This document shows, one piece after another, positions 29,927 to 38,731 of a DNA stretch of 64,000 nucleotides. The position numbers were made by a program, and so were the translations under genes. The stretch comes from an uncultured Nitrospinaceae bacterium (lineage in GTDB: Bacteria > UBA8248): contig CAXFSR010000049.1 in the NCBI GenBank assembly GCA_964005815.1, positions 10,685-74,684 of the forward strand, read 5' to 3'. Each line of letters opens with the position of its first letter. Within the stretch, counting starts at the first letter, position 1. The notes beneath the pieces were generated by a model. The model was not told where the DNA came from, ran no database searches, and saw only the letters and a list, made by a program, of their open reading frames with translations.

Positions 29927-31069
29927 GTGGATTTTGAATTTGATGAAAAACAGAAATTAATGCAAAGAACTTTAGATGATTTGCTCAAAAGAGTTTGTCC
30001 CCAAGAATATTCTATGGAATGTGACGAAAAAGGCGAAGCACCAATGGAAGCCTATAAAGAAATGGCTAAAGATGGATGGATTGGGGTATCTACTCCTGAA
30101 GAATTTGGGGGTATGGGAGGAAATGAAATTGATATGTCTATAGTTTTAGAAACCGCGGGACATCATTATCTAGATTTGGGAACTATGATTTTTCGGAATA
30201 TCTGCTATGGATGTGATGCAATCTTAACAAGTGGAACTCCAGAACAGAAGAAAAAATTTGTAACTTCAACCGTCAAGGGAGAAACTTACTTTGCATTCAG
30301 TTTAACCGAACCCGATGCAGGCTCTGATGCTGCTTCTATTATAACCCGAGCAGATAGAGAACAGGACGTTTTCAAAATTACTGGAACGAAAAATTATACT
30401 TCTGGCATGCCTATAGCTACAGATGTTTTAGTTGCAGTCAGAACAAACAAAAACGCAAAAAAACATGAAGGAATTACCAACTTCATCATCCCTGCCGATA
30501 GAGAAGGTATTGAATGGAAAAAACTGCGTTTGATGGGACATAGAGCAATGGGAACATGTGAAGTTCATTACAATGGTGTCGAAGCTTCAGAAACAGAAAT
30601 TTTAGGAGATCTAGATGATGGATGGAATGGATTAATGAAATACATTACAACAGAGAGATTATGTCTATCTGCAGCCAGAACAGGTGCTGCAGCAAGCGCT
30701 CTAAAAATGGCGATAAAACACGCTCAAGAACGGCATCAATTTGGAAGACCTATTGGAAAGTTTCAAGCTGTTAGCCACATGATTACGGAAATGCATACTC
30801 TAGTAGATACTGCTCGATTGCAAGTTTATAGATTTGCATGGCTTGCCTCCCAAGGTCATGCTGGGAGGTTAGAAGCTGCCACCCTAAAACTATACGCTGC
30901 TGAGGCCTATAAAAAAGTTGCAGATTTAGGTGTACAAGTACTAGGAGGATATGGATATAGTGCAGAATTTCCAATGGAAAGACATTATAGAGATGCGCGC
31001 CTTGCGACTATTGGAGCAGGTTCAAGTGAAATTCAAAGGAATATTATTGCAAAGGAATTAGGACTGTAG
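29927..31069 (+). CDS. Acyl-CoA dehydrogenase family protein
   Basis: FSLTEPDAGSD, ITGTK, RHQFGRPIGKFQAV, QVLGGYGY, YRDAR...GSSEIQR; helix-G Glu (TTERL) as in the IVD/LCAD type. Confidence 0.93.
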   Translation: MDFEFDEKQKLMQRTLDDLLKRVCPQEYSMECDEKGEAPMEAYKEMAKDGWIGVSTPEEFGGMGGNEIDMSIVLETAGHHYLDLGTMIFRNICYGCDAILTSGTPEQKKKFVTSTVKGETYFAFSLTEPDAGSDAASIITRADREQDVFKITGTKNYTSGMPIATDVLVAVRTNKNAKKHEGITNFIIPADREGIEWKKLRLMGHRAMGTCEVHYNGVEASETEILGDLDDGWNGLMKYITTERLCLSAARTGAAASALKMAIKHAQERHQFGRPIGKFQAVSHMITEMHTLVDTARLQVYRFAWLASQGHAGRLEAATLKLYAAEAYKKVADLGVQVLGGYGYSAEFPMERHYRDARLATIGAGSSEIQRNIIAKELGL

Positions 31070-31107
31070 TAACTATTTATAACAAATTAAAATTTCAGGA
31101 GTAATAA

Positions 31108-31575
31108 ATGGCTTTAGATTTAAAAGTTTTAGAAATGGATTTCCCTGAATTTGAAATTTTAGTTGAAAGAGGAAAAATAAGAGAATACGTCTCTGTTTTG
31201 GGACTGGAAGACCCTGTTCATTTTGATGTTCAGGCGGCAAAAGATGCAGGGTATAATGATCTGTTAGCACCAGCAACATTTACTAGACAGTTCTGGCATG
31301 AAAATAACGAAAATGACCCTATGCAACATTTAGGTTATGACCCAAAAAGAAGACTGCATGGGGAACAAGAATTTGAATATTTCAAACCCTTGACTGCTGG
31401 AATGACATTGAAAGGAAAAAACGTGATCGTCTCCCACAAAGAGAAAGAAGGAAAACGGGGTGGAAAAATGACATTTGTTGTCATTGAAACTAAATTTTTA
31501 GACGAAAATGGGGAACTAGTCCAAATCGCAAGAAGGACTTTGATTGAAACCGCGGCTCCCCCTAAAAATAATTAA
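31108..31575 (+). CDS. MaoC-like dehydratase N-terminal (FAS1-like) hotdog subunit, copy 1
   Basis: VERGKIREY, DPVHFD..AAKDAGY, APATF, LHGEQEFEY, GKRGGKMTFVV. Confidence 0.88.
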   Translation: MALDLKVLEMDFPEFEILVERGKIREYVSVLGLEDPVHFDVQAAKDAGYNDLLAPATFTRQFWHENNENDPMQHLGYDPKRRLHGEQEFEYFKPLTAGMTLKGKNVIVSHKEKEGKRGGKMTFVVIETKFLDENGELVQIARRTLIETAAPPKNN

Positions 31576-31589
31576 AGGAATATATTAAA

Positions 31590-32015
31590 ATGACATTTGT
31601 TAAAGAAGAAATTCTCTGGGAAAAAATAAATGAAGGTGATGAAAAAGAACTCACTGTTGGACCAATTACTAGAACGGATTTAGTGAAATATGCAGGTGCT
31701 AGTGGAGACTTTAATCCTAATCATCATGACGAAATCTACTCTATACGCTCTGGTTTCGAAAAACCATTCGCACACGGAATGTTACAAGGAGGCATCCTAA
31801 GTCGTCTAATTACAGATTGGTTTGGAGTAGAAACTTTACGATATTTCAGACTTCGTTTTAGTGCACAAACCTGGCCAGGAGATACAATAAACTGCAAAGC
31901 AAAAGTAATTAATAAAATAGAAGAAGAAAACTCCATAGAAATAGAAGCAGAAGCAACAAATGCAAGTAATGTTCTCTTAATTAAAGCGAAAGCGAAAGTA
32001 GAAATCAAAAAATGA
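31590..32015 (+). CDS. MaoC family (R)-hydratase/dehydratase catalytic hotdog subunit, copy 1
   Basis: YAGASGDFNPNHHD hydratase-2 motif, AHGML, WPGD. Confidence 0.9.
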   Translation: MTFVKEEILWEKINEGDEKELTVGPITRTDLVKYAGASGDFNPNHHDEIYSIRSGFEKPFAHGMLQGGILSRLITDWFGVETLRYFRLRFSAQTWPGDTINCKAKVINKIEEENSIEIEAEATNASNVLLIKAKAKVEIKK

Positions 32016-33214
32016 AATTTTTACAAGATTACAGGATAATAGATTTAGGCCAAGTAATTGCAGGAACAATCGGAGGACTTATTCTTGCTGATTTTGGTGC
32101 AGATGTAATAAAGGTTGAGTCCCCTAGTGGGGATATAGGCAGGAATCCTAACATAGCAGGTGTAGGAGACGTTTCGGGAATTTTTCTTACTTTTAATAGA
32201 GGAAAAAAGGGTTTAGTCATAGACCTAAAAAATGAAGAAGGAAAAAAAGTTTTTCTTGATTTAGTTGCTGTATCTGATGCAGTTATCGCTAATTTCAGAC
32301 CCGGCACACTTGATCGCCTTGGGATAGGTTTTAAAGAAATGAAAAAACACAATTCCGAAATAATTTTTGTTGACTCAAGTGGTTATGGTGAAGAAGGTCC
32401 CTGGAGAGATAAACCTGCTTTTGATGTTGTTGAGCAGGCCATGAGTGGTCATATGGCTATTACAGGAGAACCTGGTGGACCACCATTAAGAAATGGCTCT
32501 CCAACTGCAGATATTTCTACTGCTTTATACACTGCTATTGCATGTATGGCTGGACTCCTTGGAAAACAAAAAGGAAAGGGAGCAAAACATTTTGAGGTTC
32601 CTATGTTTGATGTCCAACTATCTATGCTTGGTTACATCTCAACTATGTATCTAAATAATGGAGATATTCCTGAACCTCCAGGTAGTGCACATGAATATAT
32701 GGTTCCTTATCAAGCATTTCCAACTGCTACAATCCACATTGTTTTATCTCCCAGGGAAGAAAGATTTTATAAGAAAATGTGTGAAGTGATGAATATTCCT
32801 GAATACGCAACAGACCCCCGATTTCTAACAAACGATTTACGTGTCAAAAACAAAAATGAGCTATTACCAAAACTGAAAGAAATATTGCTTCAAAAACCTG
32901 GAGAAGAGTGGTGTAAACTATTTGAAGCTGCAGGAGTCCCTGCAGCTCCCGTCAATACTCTTGACAGAGCACTAGACAACGAACAAGTTGAGCAAAGAGG
33001 TTTGATTAAAACTTTCAAATACCCTGGATCGGGGGATGTGAGAGTGGTTGGGAACCCAATTATGGACATGGGCAGTGAAAAAAGTTCTACATGTGAACCT
33101 GCTCCTATGCACGGAGAACATACGATAGAAATTTTGAGAGAAACCCTCGGATATCAAAAAGAGAAAATTGATTCGCTTCTAGAAAATAATGTTGTTCAAA
33201 CCGAAAAAAAATAA
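32012..33214 (+). CDS. CaiB/BaiF (family III) CoA transferase
   Basis: LADFGADVIKVESP, NRGKK, NFRPG, catalytic Asp in PTAD, APMHGEHT. Confidence 0.93.
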   Translation: MKFLQDYRIIDLGQVIAGTIGGLILADFGADVIKVESPSGDIGRNPNIAGVGDVSGIFLTFNRGKKGLVIDLKNEEGKKVFLDLVAVSDAVIANFRPGTLDRLGIGFKEMKKHNSEIIFVDSSGYGEEGPWRDKPAFDVVEQAMSGHMAITGEPGGPPLRNGSPTADISTALYTAIACMAGLLGKQKGKGAKHFEVPMFDVQLSMLGYISTMYLNNGDIPEPPGSAHEYMVPYQAFPTATIHIVLSPREERFYKKMCEVMNIPEYATDPRFLTNDLRVKNKNELLPKLKEILLQKPGEEWCKLFEAAGVPAAPVNTLDRALDNEQVEQRGLIKTFKYPGSGDVRVVGNPIMDMGSEKSSTCEPAPMHGEHTIEILRETLGYQKEKIDSLLENNVVQTEKK

Positions 33215-33232
33215 GATTCAAAAATCAAGTTT

Positions 33233-33658
33233 TTAACCTTCGGGGACTGCAGTTAGTGTCCCCTGAACTAGCTTAATTCCGTTTTGATTGTTTACTTCTG
33301 CGTCTATTTCTATAATATTTTTACCCGATTCTTCATACTGCTTTACTACTCTACCTTTACAAGTAAGCAAATCGCCTGGCCAAGCCTGAGAGACAAAACG
33401 AATTTCAAATCTTCGAAAAGAGGTGGGACCAAGATTCTCAATTAACATTCTCGATAGATAACCTAATGAAAGAGGTCCCATAGCAAAAACTTTCTCAAAA
33501 CCACTTCTAATAGCAAAAATTTCATCATGATGATTAGGATTAAAATCACCCGAGGCTCCAGCAAAACGAACAATATCAGTACGAGTTATAGGACCAACGT
33601 CCAGAGAAAGTTCCGTTCCAGGTGTTAATTCATTGGATTTTTTATACATTCGTGCCAT
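33233..33658 (-). CDS. MaoC family catalytic hotdog subunit, copy 2
   Basis: FAGASGDFNPNHHD, WPGD. ATG 33658 follows AAAGGAG (track start 33676). Confidence 0.9.
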   Translation of the reverse strand: MARMYKKSNELTPGTELSLDVGPITRTDIVRFAGASGDFNPNHHDEIFAIRSGFEKVFAMGPLSLGYLSRMLIENLGPTSFRRFEIRFVSQAWPGDLLTCKGRVVKQYEESGKNIIEIDAEVNNQNGIKLVQGTLTAVPEG

Positions 33659-33672
33659 AGAATCTCCTTTTG

Positions 33673-34122
33673 TCAACCTGTTTCAATCAGAGTACGAAAA
33701 TCTATTTGAACAATCTCCCCATCTTCGTCTCTAAATTCTGTTTTAATTACCACAAAAGTCATTTCACCTCCTTTTCTTCCTTTTTTTACTTCCGAGGATA
33801 CAACAGAATTTTTTCCAATTAGCTTCATCCCGGCAAAAATTGGTTTGATGTATTCAAATCTGTATCCCCCTAAAAGTCTTTTTCCTAGATCAAAACCAAG
33901 ATGACGCATTGGATCATTATCATCGTTGTCAAACCAAAACTGTCTCGTGAAAGTAGGAGGTGCAACCAAATTTGGATAGCCAGCCTCTTTCGCAGCATCC
34001 ACATCAGTATAAACAGGATCTTTTAATCCTAAAGCTTTGGCATATTCACGAATTTTGCCTGTTTCTACAATAAATTCAAATTCTTTGAAATTTCTGTCGA
34101 GAACTGACTTATCGAAAGGCAT
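33673..34122 (-). CDS. MaoC-like dehydratase N-terminal hotdog subunit, copy 2
   Basis: VETGKIREY, DPVYTD..AAKEAGY, APPTF, GRKGGEMTFVV; clear paralog of 31108..31575. Confidence 0.88.
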   Translation of the reverse strand: MPFDKSVLDRNFKEFEFIVETGKIREYAKALGLKDPVYTDVDAAKEAGYPNLVAPPTFTRQFWFDNDDNDPMRHLGFDLGKRLLGGYRFEYIKPIFAGMKLIGKNSVVSSEVKKGRKGGEMTFVVIKTEFRDEDGEIVQIDFRTLIETG

Positions 34123-34164
34123 AACGAAATCCTTTTTAAAAATATATTATTCTAATTAATATAT

Positions 34165-34710
34165 TTAATCAGTAAGATTAACTACATTTCCATTGATTTT
34201 TAAACTACTTTCAATTTCTACAGGGTTTTTTAAAGTCCACTCCGCGAAACAACCACCTTTTGCATTTTTAGCAAGTTTTATTACCTCTTCTGGAGAAGCA
34301 TCAGAATCAATAGAAAGAAAAGAACGAAAACTATTGCAACCGCTTTCAACTGTCCCTTTTAAAACAGAACCTCTCAAGAAAAAATCATATTCAATCCTGC
34401 ATTTTGCTTTCTTAAATGGTATTTTCATCATGTGCGCGTACCGCGCAACTTGGGTCAAAAGTCAAAAACCCACACCAAGTGCAAAATAATTTAACGGTTG
34501 TGGATACTCTCCGTCACCTCCTAATCTCGCTGGTTCATCACAATAAATTTCAAAATCTCCACTCTTCCCAACTTTTAGTTGTCCTTTTCCTTCTATGGTT
34601 TCCATCTCTGCCACTATTGTATTTACGTATCCTTGAGCGGGATGCTCTGGTTGATCGATTACCCTCTTTCCTGGGACATTACTTTGATCTGCTGCAGTTG
34701 TCGGCTTCAA
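34165..34710 (-). CDS. OsmC/Ohr-like protein, probable selenoprotein (in-frame TGA 34464-34462); joins track ORFs 34462..34782 and 34165..34458
   Basis: DEPARLGGDGEYPQPLNYFALGVGF-TGA-LLTQVARYA...KGGCFAE. TGA is at the first catalytic Cys of the OsmC fold and the second Cys is retained. Start TTG 34710 follows AAGGAG. Confidence 0.85.
34433..34447 (-). promoter_or_regulatory. Candidate bacterial SECIS hairpin of the OsmC-like gene
   Basis: Minus strand TGCGCG-GTA-CGCGCA is a perfect 6-bp GC-rich stem starting 14 nt after the TGA, with a G-initiated loop, in an AT-rich genome. Confidence 0.7.
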
Positions 34711-34724
34711 AACGTGAACTCCTT

Positions 34725-35234
34725 TTAAAAATTTAAGAAATCTTTTATCTTCTTTTTTCTTCTTAATTTCCTCCATTTCCAAGGAGGAAGAGGATTACTA
34801 TGACTCCAAACTCCTATCTTTTTTTTTCGCGCTTTCGATTCTGCTTCTGATAAACTTAAATTATTTTTAGCGTATTTTTTGTACCACCAACAAAGCCCTT
34901 CAGAAACAAGTACTAATCCAAGATCAATATTCCCTTGAAAAAATACTTTTCCTATAACTCTGCCATAACGATCATACCCTTTACCCACAACTTTTACCTT
35001 CTTTTTAAAAATCAATTCTTTCACTCTTCTTTTTGCACTTACTCCACCCAATTGTCTTATCTCAGGACAATCGATTCCAGATAATCTTATTTTAAATTTC
35101 TTAAAATTTTTCCTAAGATGAATTGTGTCTCCGTCTGGCACAAAAGATACCTCACCAAAAAAAGTTTCAGAAAATAGAATACTAGGTGTGAAGAAAAAGA
35201 AAATCAAAAAAACAAAATATAGAAAGAATCTCAT
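34725..35234 (-). CDS. Thermonuclease (SNase/Staphylococcal nuclease-like) with signal peptide
   Basis: Hydrophobic N-terminus, VPDGDT, IRLSGIDCPE, DRYGRVIG, EAESKARKKKIGVWS, PPWKWR. Confidence 0.92.
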   Translation of the reverse strand: MRFFLYFVFLIFFFFTPSILFSETFFGEVSFVPDGDTIHLRKNFKKFKIRLSGIDCPEIRQLGGVSAKRRVKELIFKKKVKVVGKGYDRYGRVIGKVFFQGNIDLGLVLVSEGLCWWYKKYAKNNLSLSEAESKARKKKIGVWSHSNPLPPWKWRKLRRKKKIKDFLNF

Positions 35235-35395
35235 TAGTATCTCTCTTCTAATAAAATAAGTTTGAAGTATTATATTTCATTTAAAAATTTTAAGTACCCT
35301 TAGTAAGTTCAAAAACACTTCTGTTTTTTAAAAGTTGAAAAAAAATTATTTTTCATATAATTTTGAATTATTCATATTTTTTTAAAGGAGAAGCT

Positions 35396-35866
35396 ATGAA
35401 TTTTTACAAAATATGTTTTTTAGCTATTTTATCGTTTAGTTTTCTAGCAAATCCCTTTTTTGTCGAATCGGCATATGCACATAAAGGAAAAAAGAAATCT
35501 CGTAAAATGCTTTTAAATTTGGCATTACGACACAGCACAAGAGTAGGTCTTAATAAATCTCAAATTTCAAAGTTAAGAAGTTTAAGAACAAATTTCAGAA
35601 AATCGAAAATAATGAATAGAGCTAGAATACGAATTATGAAAATAGATTTAAGTTCATTAATTCGAACTGAACCTATGAATATGAAAGAAATTCAAAAGTT
35701 AGTTCAAAGAATCACGTCACAAAAGGAAATTATGTGGATATCTTTAATTAAAACAATTGCAAAAACAAAAAATATTTTGACTAGCAAACAATTAGAAGAA
35801 ATAAAAAAAATCAGAAAAAGAATGCGAAAGAGAAGAACAAGATCTCGAAAAAAAAGAACAAGATAA
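35396..35866 (+). CDS. Spy/CpxP (LTXXQ) family periplasmic protein, very basic
   Basis: Signal peptide ending AYA, GLNKSQ and ILTSKQ motifs, helical. ATG 35396 follows AAAGGAG. Confidence 0.7.
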   Translation: MNFYKICFLAILSFSFLANPFFVESAYAHKGKKKSRKMLLNLALRHSTRVGLNKSQISKLRSLRTNFRKSKIMNRARIRIMKIDLSSLIRTEPMNMKEIQKLVQRITSQKEIMWISLIKTIAKTKNILTSKQLEEIKKIRKRMRKRRTRSRKKRTR

Positions 35867-35909
35867 AATTCGAAAAGAAAAAGTTTTTTAAATTTTTATT
35901 GGAAATTTA

Positions 35910-37622
35910 ATGGGTATAGAACTGCAAAAAGCTTCATGTGATGTTTTAATCATAGGCGGCGGTGTCGCAGGTATGCTAGCAGCTATTGAAGCTAAAAAAG
36001 AAGGTGTTGATGTTATTCTGTTAACAAAAGCAACTTTTCCTTCTGGTAGTTCGTCCATGGCACGCGGCGGATTTTCCAGTGCACTAGGACACCAAGACAG
36101 TAGAGATAACCCGAGAGTACACTGGAAAGATACAATAGAGGGGGGTTATGAAATAAACAATCCCAGACTAGTTGAAGTGATGACTGAAGAAGTTATCGAA
36201 CGTACTTTTACTATTGATTCTTGGGGCTTGGGATTAGTTAAAAAAGAAAACGACAAATACGATCAACGAAAAAGTGCAGATGATACATACGCTCGTTTTC
36301 TACATTGTGCAGGAATGATCGGAAAACCTTTGATGTCTTCTTTGTCAAAAAAAGTTACAGATTCAGGAATACAAGTTGAAAGTAATGTTTTTATTATTGA
36401 TCTAATCTTAGACAAAGACGGGGTTGTATCTGGAGCTTGGGGAATAAAACATAAAGAAGATATTGCCATGCTCATTTCTAGTAAGAGCACCGTACTTTGT
36501 TCAGGAGGAGCACCACAATTACACGAAGTCAACGACTCTCCACCTCAGGTAACCGGAGATGGATACGCCATGGCCTATAGAGCAGGTGCAGAACTTATTG
36601 ATATGGAAATGATTGACTATCAGCTTATGACTGGATGGCCTAAAAAGATGATAGGTTATAACCCTTATGCAACTGGATTCATTAGAATTGGTTCACATTT
36701 AAAGAATAAAGATGGCTTCAGATTTATGCAAAAATGGAACCCAAATGCACCAGATCTAAATTATGAACAAACAACACGTTCGCTTTTTAATAGAGGCGTA
36801 GGGTTTGAGATTTTTGAAGGTAGAGGAACAGAACATGGAACTGTATATATGGATGCATCACATTGCATGAATATAGATCATGGAGGAGAAATAGAGATTA
36901 TTAAAAGAGCTTTTAGGAATGGTGGCATTGATATTACTAAAGAACCTATGGAAGTTTGTAGTGGACCGCATACTTTTTTAGGAGGAATACGAATTGACGA
37001 ATTTGGAAGAACCAATGTGCCAGGTTTATATGCAGGCGGAGAGGCAGGTGGAGGAATTCATGGTTCAAATCGTCTTTCAGGAGCTGCACTTGCAGACAGT
37101 TTTGTCTTTGGATCACGTTCAGGAAAATTTGCAGCACAAGACTCAAAAAAGAATCATTCTAAAAATGGTATAGAAATAAATGTGTCAGATAAACTTTCTT
37201 CACTATTTGACAGAATTAAAGATTCTGGGAATATGAGTGCTAAAGAATTCCGTCTTTCTCTTCAAAAGAATGTTTTCGATAATCTGGGCCAAATTAGATC
37301 AGAAGAAAGATTGCAAGTCGGACTCGAAAAATTGGATTCCCTCAAAAAGAATTCCGTTTCTATAGAAAAGGACAAAAAGAGACCTACGTCTAAAATAAAT
37401 GAAATAAAAAGTGTCATTGAAACTGAAAATTTAATAGATGTTGCAAAAATGCTTGGAACAGCAGCATTAGAAAGGGAAGAAAGTCGGGGAGGCCACTATA
37501 GATATGACTTTCCAGAAACAGATAACGAAAACTGGAAAGCAAATATAATTGTCTCTAAAAATATTGCAATCGATGAAATTAAAACGAAAATTAATCAGAT
37601 TTCAAAAAACGGTTCAAGATAA
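35910..37622 (+). CDS. FAD-dependent oxidoreductase, SdhA/FrdA/NadB flavoprotein superfamily (stand-alone)
   Basis: DVLIIGGGVAG, TGDGYAMAYRAGA, HTFLGG, GLYAGGE, IHGSNRL, REESRGGHYRYDFP. Confidence 0.88.
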   Translation: MGIELQKASCDVLIIGGGVAGMLAAIEAKKEGVDVILLTKATFPSGSSSMARGGFSSALGHQDSRDNPRVHWKDTIEGGYEINNPRLVEVMTEEVIERTFTIDSWGLGLVKKENDKYDQRKSADDTYARFLHCAGMIGKPLMSSLSKKVTDSGIQVESNVFIIDLILDKDGVVSGAWGIKHKEDIAMLISSKSTVLCSGGAPQLHEVNDSPPQVTGDGYAMAYRAGAELIDMEMIDYQLMTGWPKKMIGYNPYATGFIRIGSHLKNKDGFRFMQKWNPNAPDLNYEQTTRSLFNRGVGFEIFEGRGTEHGTVYMDASHCMNIDHGGEIEIIKRAFRNGGIDITKEPMEVCSGPHTFLGGIRIDEFGRTNVPGLYAGGEAGGGIHGSNRLSGAALADSFVFGSRSGKFAAQDSKKNHSKNGIEINVSDKLSSLFDRIKDSGNMSAKEFRLSLQKNVFDNLGQIRSEERLQVGLEKLDSLKKNSVSIEKDKKRPTSKINEIKSVIETENLIDVAKMLGTAALEREESRGGHYRYDFPETDNENWKANIIVSKNIAIDEIKTKINQISKNGSR

Positions 37623-37645
37623 ATTTTTTTAGCAAAATAGGATTG

Positions 37646-38722
37646 TTACCTATTTTTTTGAATATACTTACAAAGAACATCCCCAACTTCCTTTGTTTTT
37701 AAATTCCCGCCAAGATCTCCCGTAACCGATTTCTCTCTAATTGCGTTTTTCACAGCACTTAGAATAATGTCTGCCGAAGCATCATAACCCAATGAACCAA
37801 GAAGAATACGAGCAGTAAGAGTTGTTGCGAATGGATTGGCAATACCCTTCAATGCTATATCTGGTGCAGTTCCATGAACAGGCTCAAACATAGAAACTTT
37901 CCCAGGGTGTATACAACCTGAAGGAGCCATACCAACTCCTCCTACAAGACCTGCACACACATCACTTAAAATATCCCCATACATATTATTAGTAACAATT
38001 ACAGAAAACTCTTCAGGATGTTGGATCAGATCCATACACAAAGTATCTATAAAATAATGTTCCCCTTCCACTTCAGGGAACTCATCGTTAATTTGCCAGA
38101 AAACTCTCTGCCATAAATCATGTGCATGGACTAGAGAACCAAATTTGTCAGCCATCGTTACTTTTGGATAGTTATGTTTTTTTGCATATTCAAATGCATA
38201 TCTACATATCCTTTCTACTCCCTTAAAAGTGTTCACATCCTCCTGAATTGCTACTTCATCTTTTGTTCCCTTTTTGAAATTTCCTCCAAGCCTAACCATC
38301 ACTCCCTCAGTATTTTCTCGCATTACTGTCAAATCTATAGGAACTTCTTTTCGAAGAGGACTATAACTAGGATCAAATAAAAAAGCTGGCCGTAGGTTTA
38401 CGTAAAGATCTAACTCTAAACGAAGTGCCCTAAGAAGATCTCTACAATTTACGTCTGGAGGAATACGAGGATCTAAACCTGCACTACCAAATAAAATAGC
38501 ATCATGTTTACTTGCAAGATCGTGAACTAACGCGGGAACGTCCTCTGGAAGAGGCGAACCTTCATCAAGATATCTCAATGCTCCATAGTTATATACTGTA
38601 GGATCTACTTGAACTTCATCTGCTAGGGCTGCCTCTTTCATTACTTCTGTCACAACAGGCAAAATATCATGACCAACTCCGTCACCCAAGATGACTGCTA
38701 ATGAAAGCTTTGTCTCATTCAT
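37646..38722 (-). CDS. Isocitrate/isopropylmalate/tartrate dehydrogenase family protein
   Basis: GDGVG, LDLYVNLRP, RENTEG, NMYGDILSD, MFEPVHGTAPDIA, ANP. Confidence 0.9.
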   Translation of the reverse strand: MNETKLSLAVILGDGVGHDILPVVTEVMKEAALADEVQVDPTVYNYGALRYLDEGSPLPEDVPALVHDLASKHDAILFGSAGLDPRIPPDVNCRDLLRALRLELDLYVNLRPAFLFDPSYSPLRKEVPIDLTVMRENTEGVMVRLGGNFKKGTKDEVAIQEDVNTFKGVERICRYAFEYAKKHNYPKVTMADKFGSLVHAHDLWQRVFWQINDEFPEVEGEHYFIDTLCMDLIQHPEEFSVIVTNNMYGDILSDVCAGLVGGVGMAPSGCIHPGKVSMFEPVHGTAPDIALKGIANPFATTLTARILLGSLGYDASADIILSAVKNAIREKSVTGDLGGNLKTKEVGDVLCKYIQKNR

Positions 38723-38731
38723 TTTTTCCCT

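Noticed and set aside
34416..34782. Treating 34462..34782 and 34165..34458 as two genes or as a pseudogene
   Set aside because: Same frame, TGA at the catalytic Cys column and a downstream hairpin favour Sec recoding. The 34782 start overlaps the nuclease gene and lacks an SD, unlike TTG 34710.
35910..38722. Assigning gene symbols sdhA/nadB and leuB
   Set aside because: Key active-site residues are substituted and partner genes are absent, so only family-level calls are supported.
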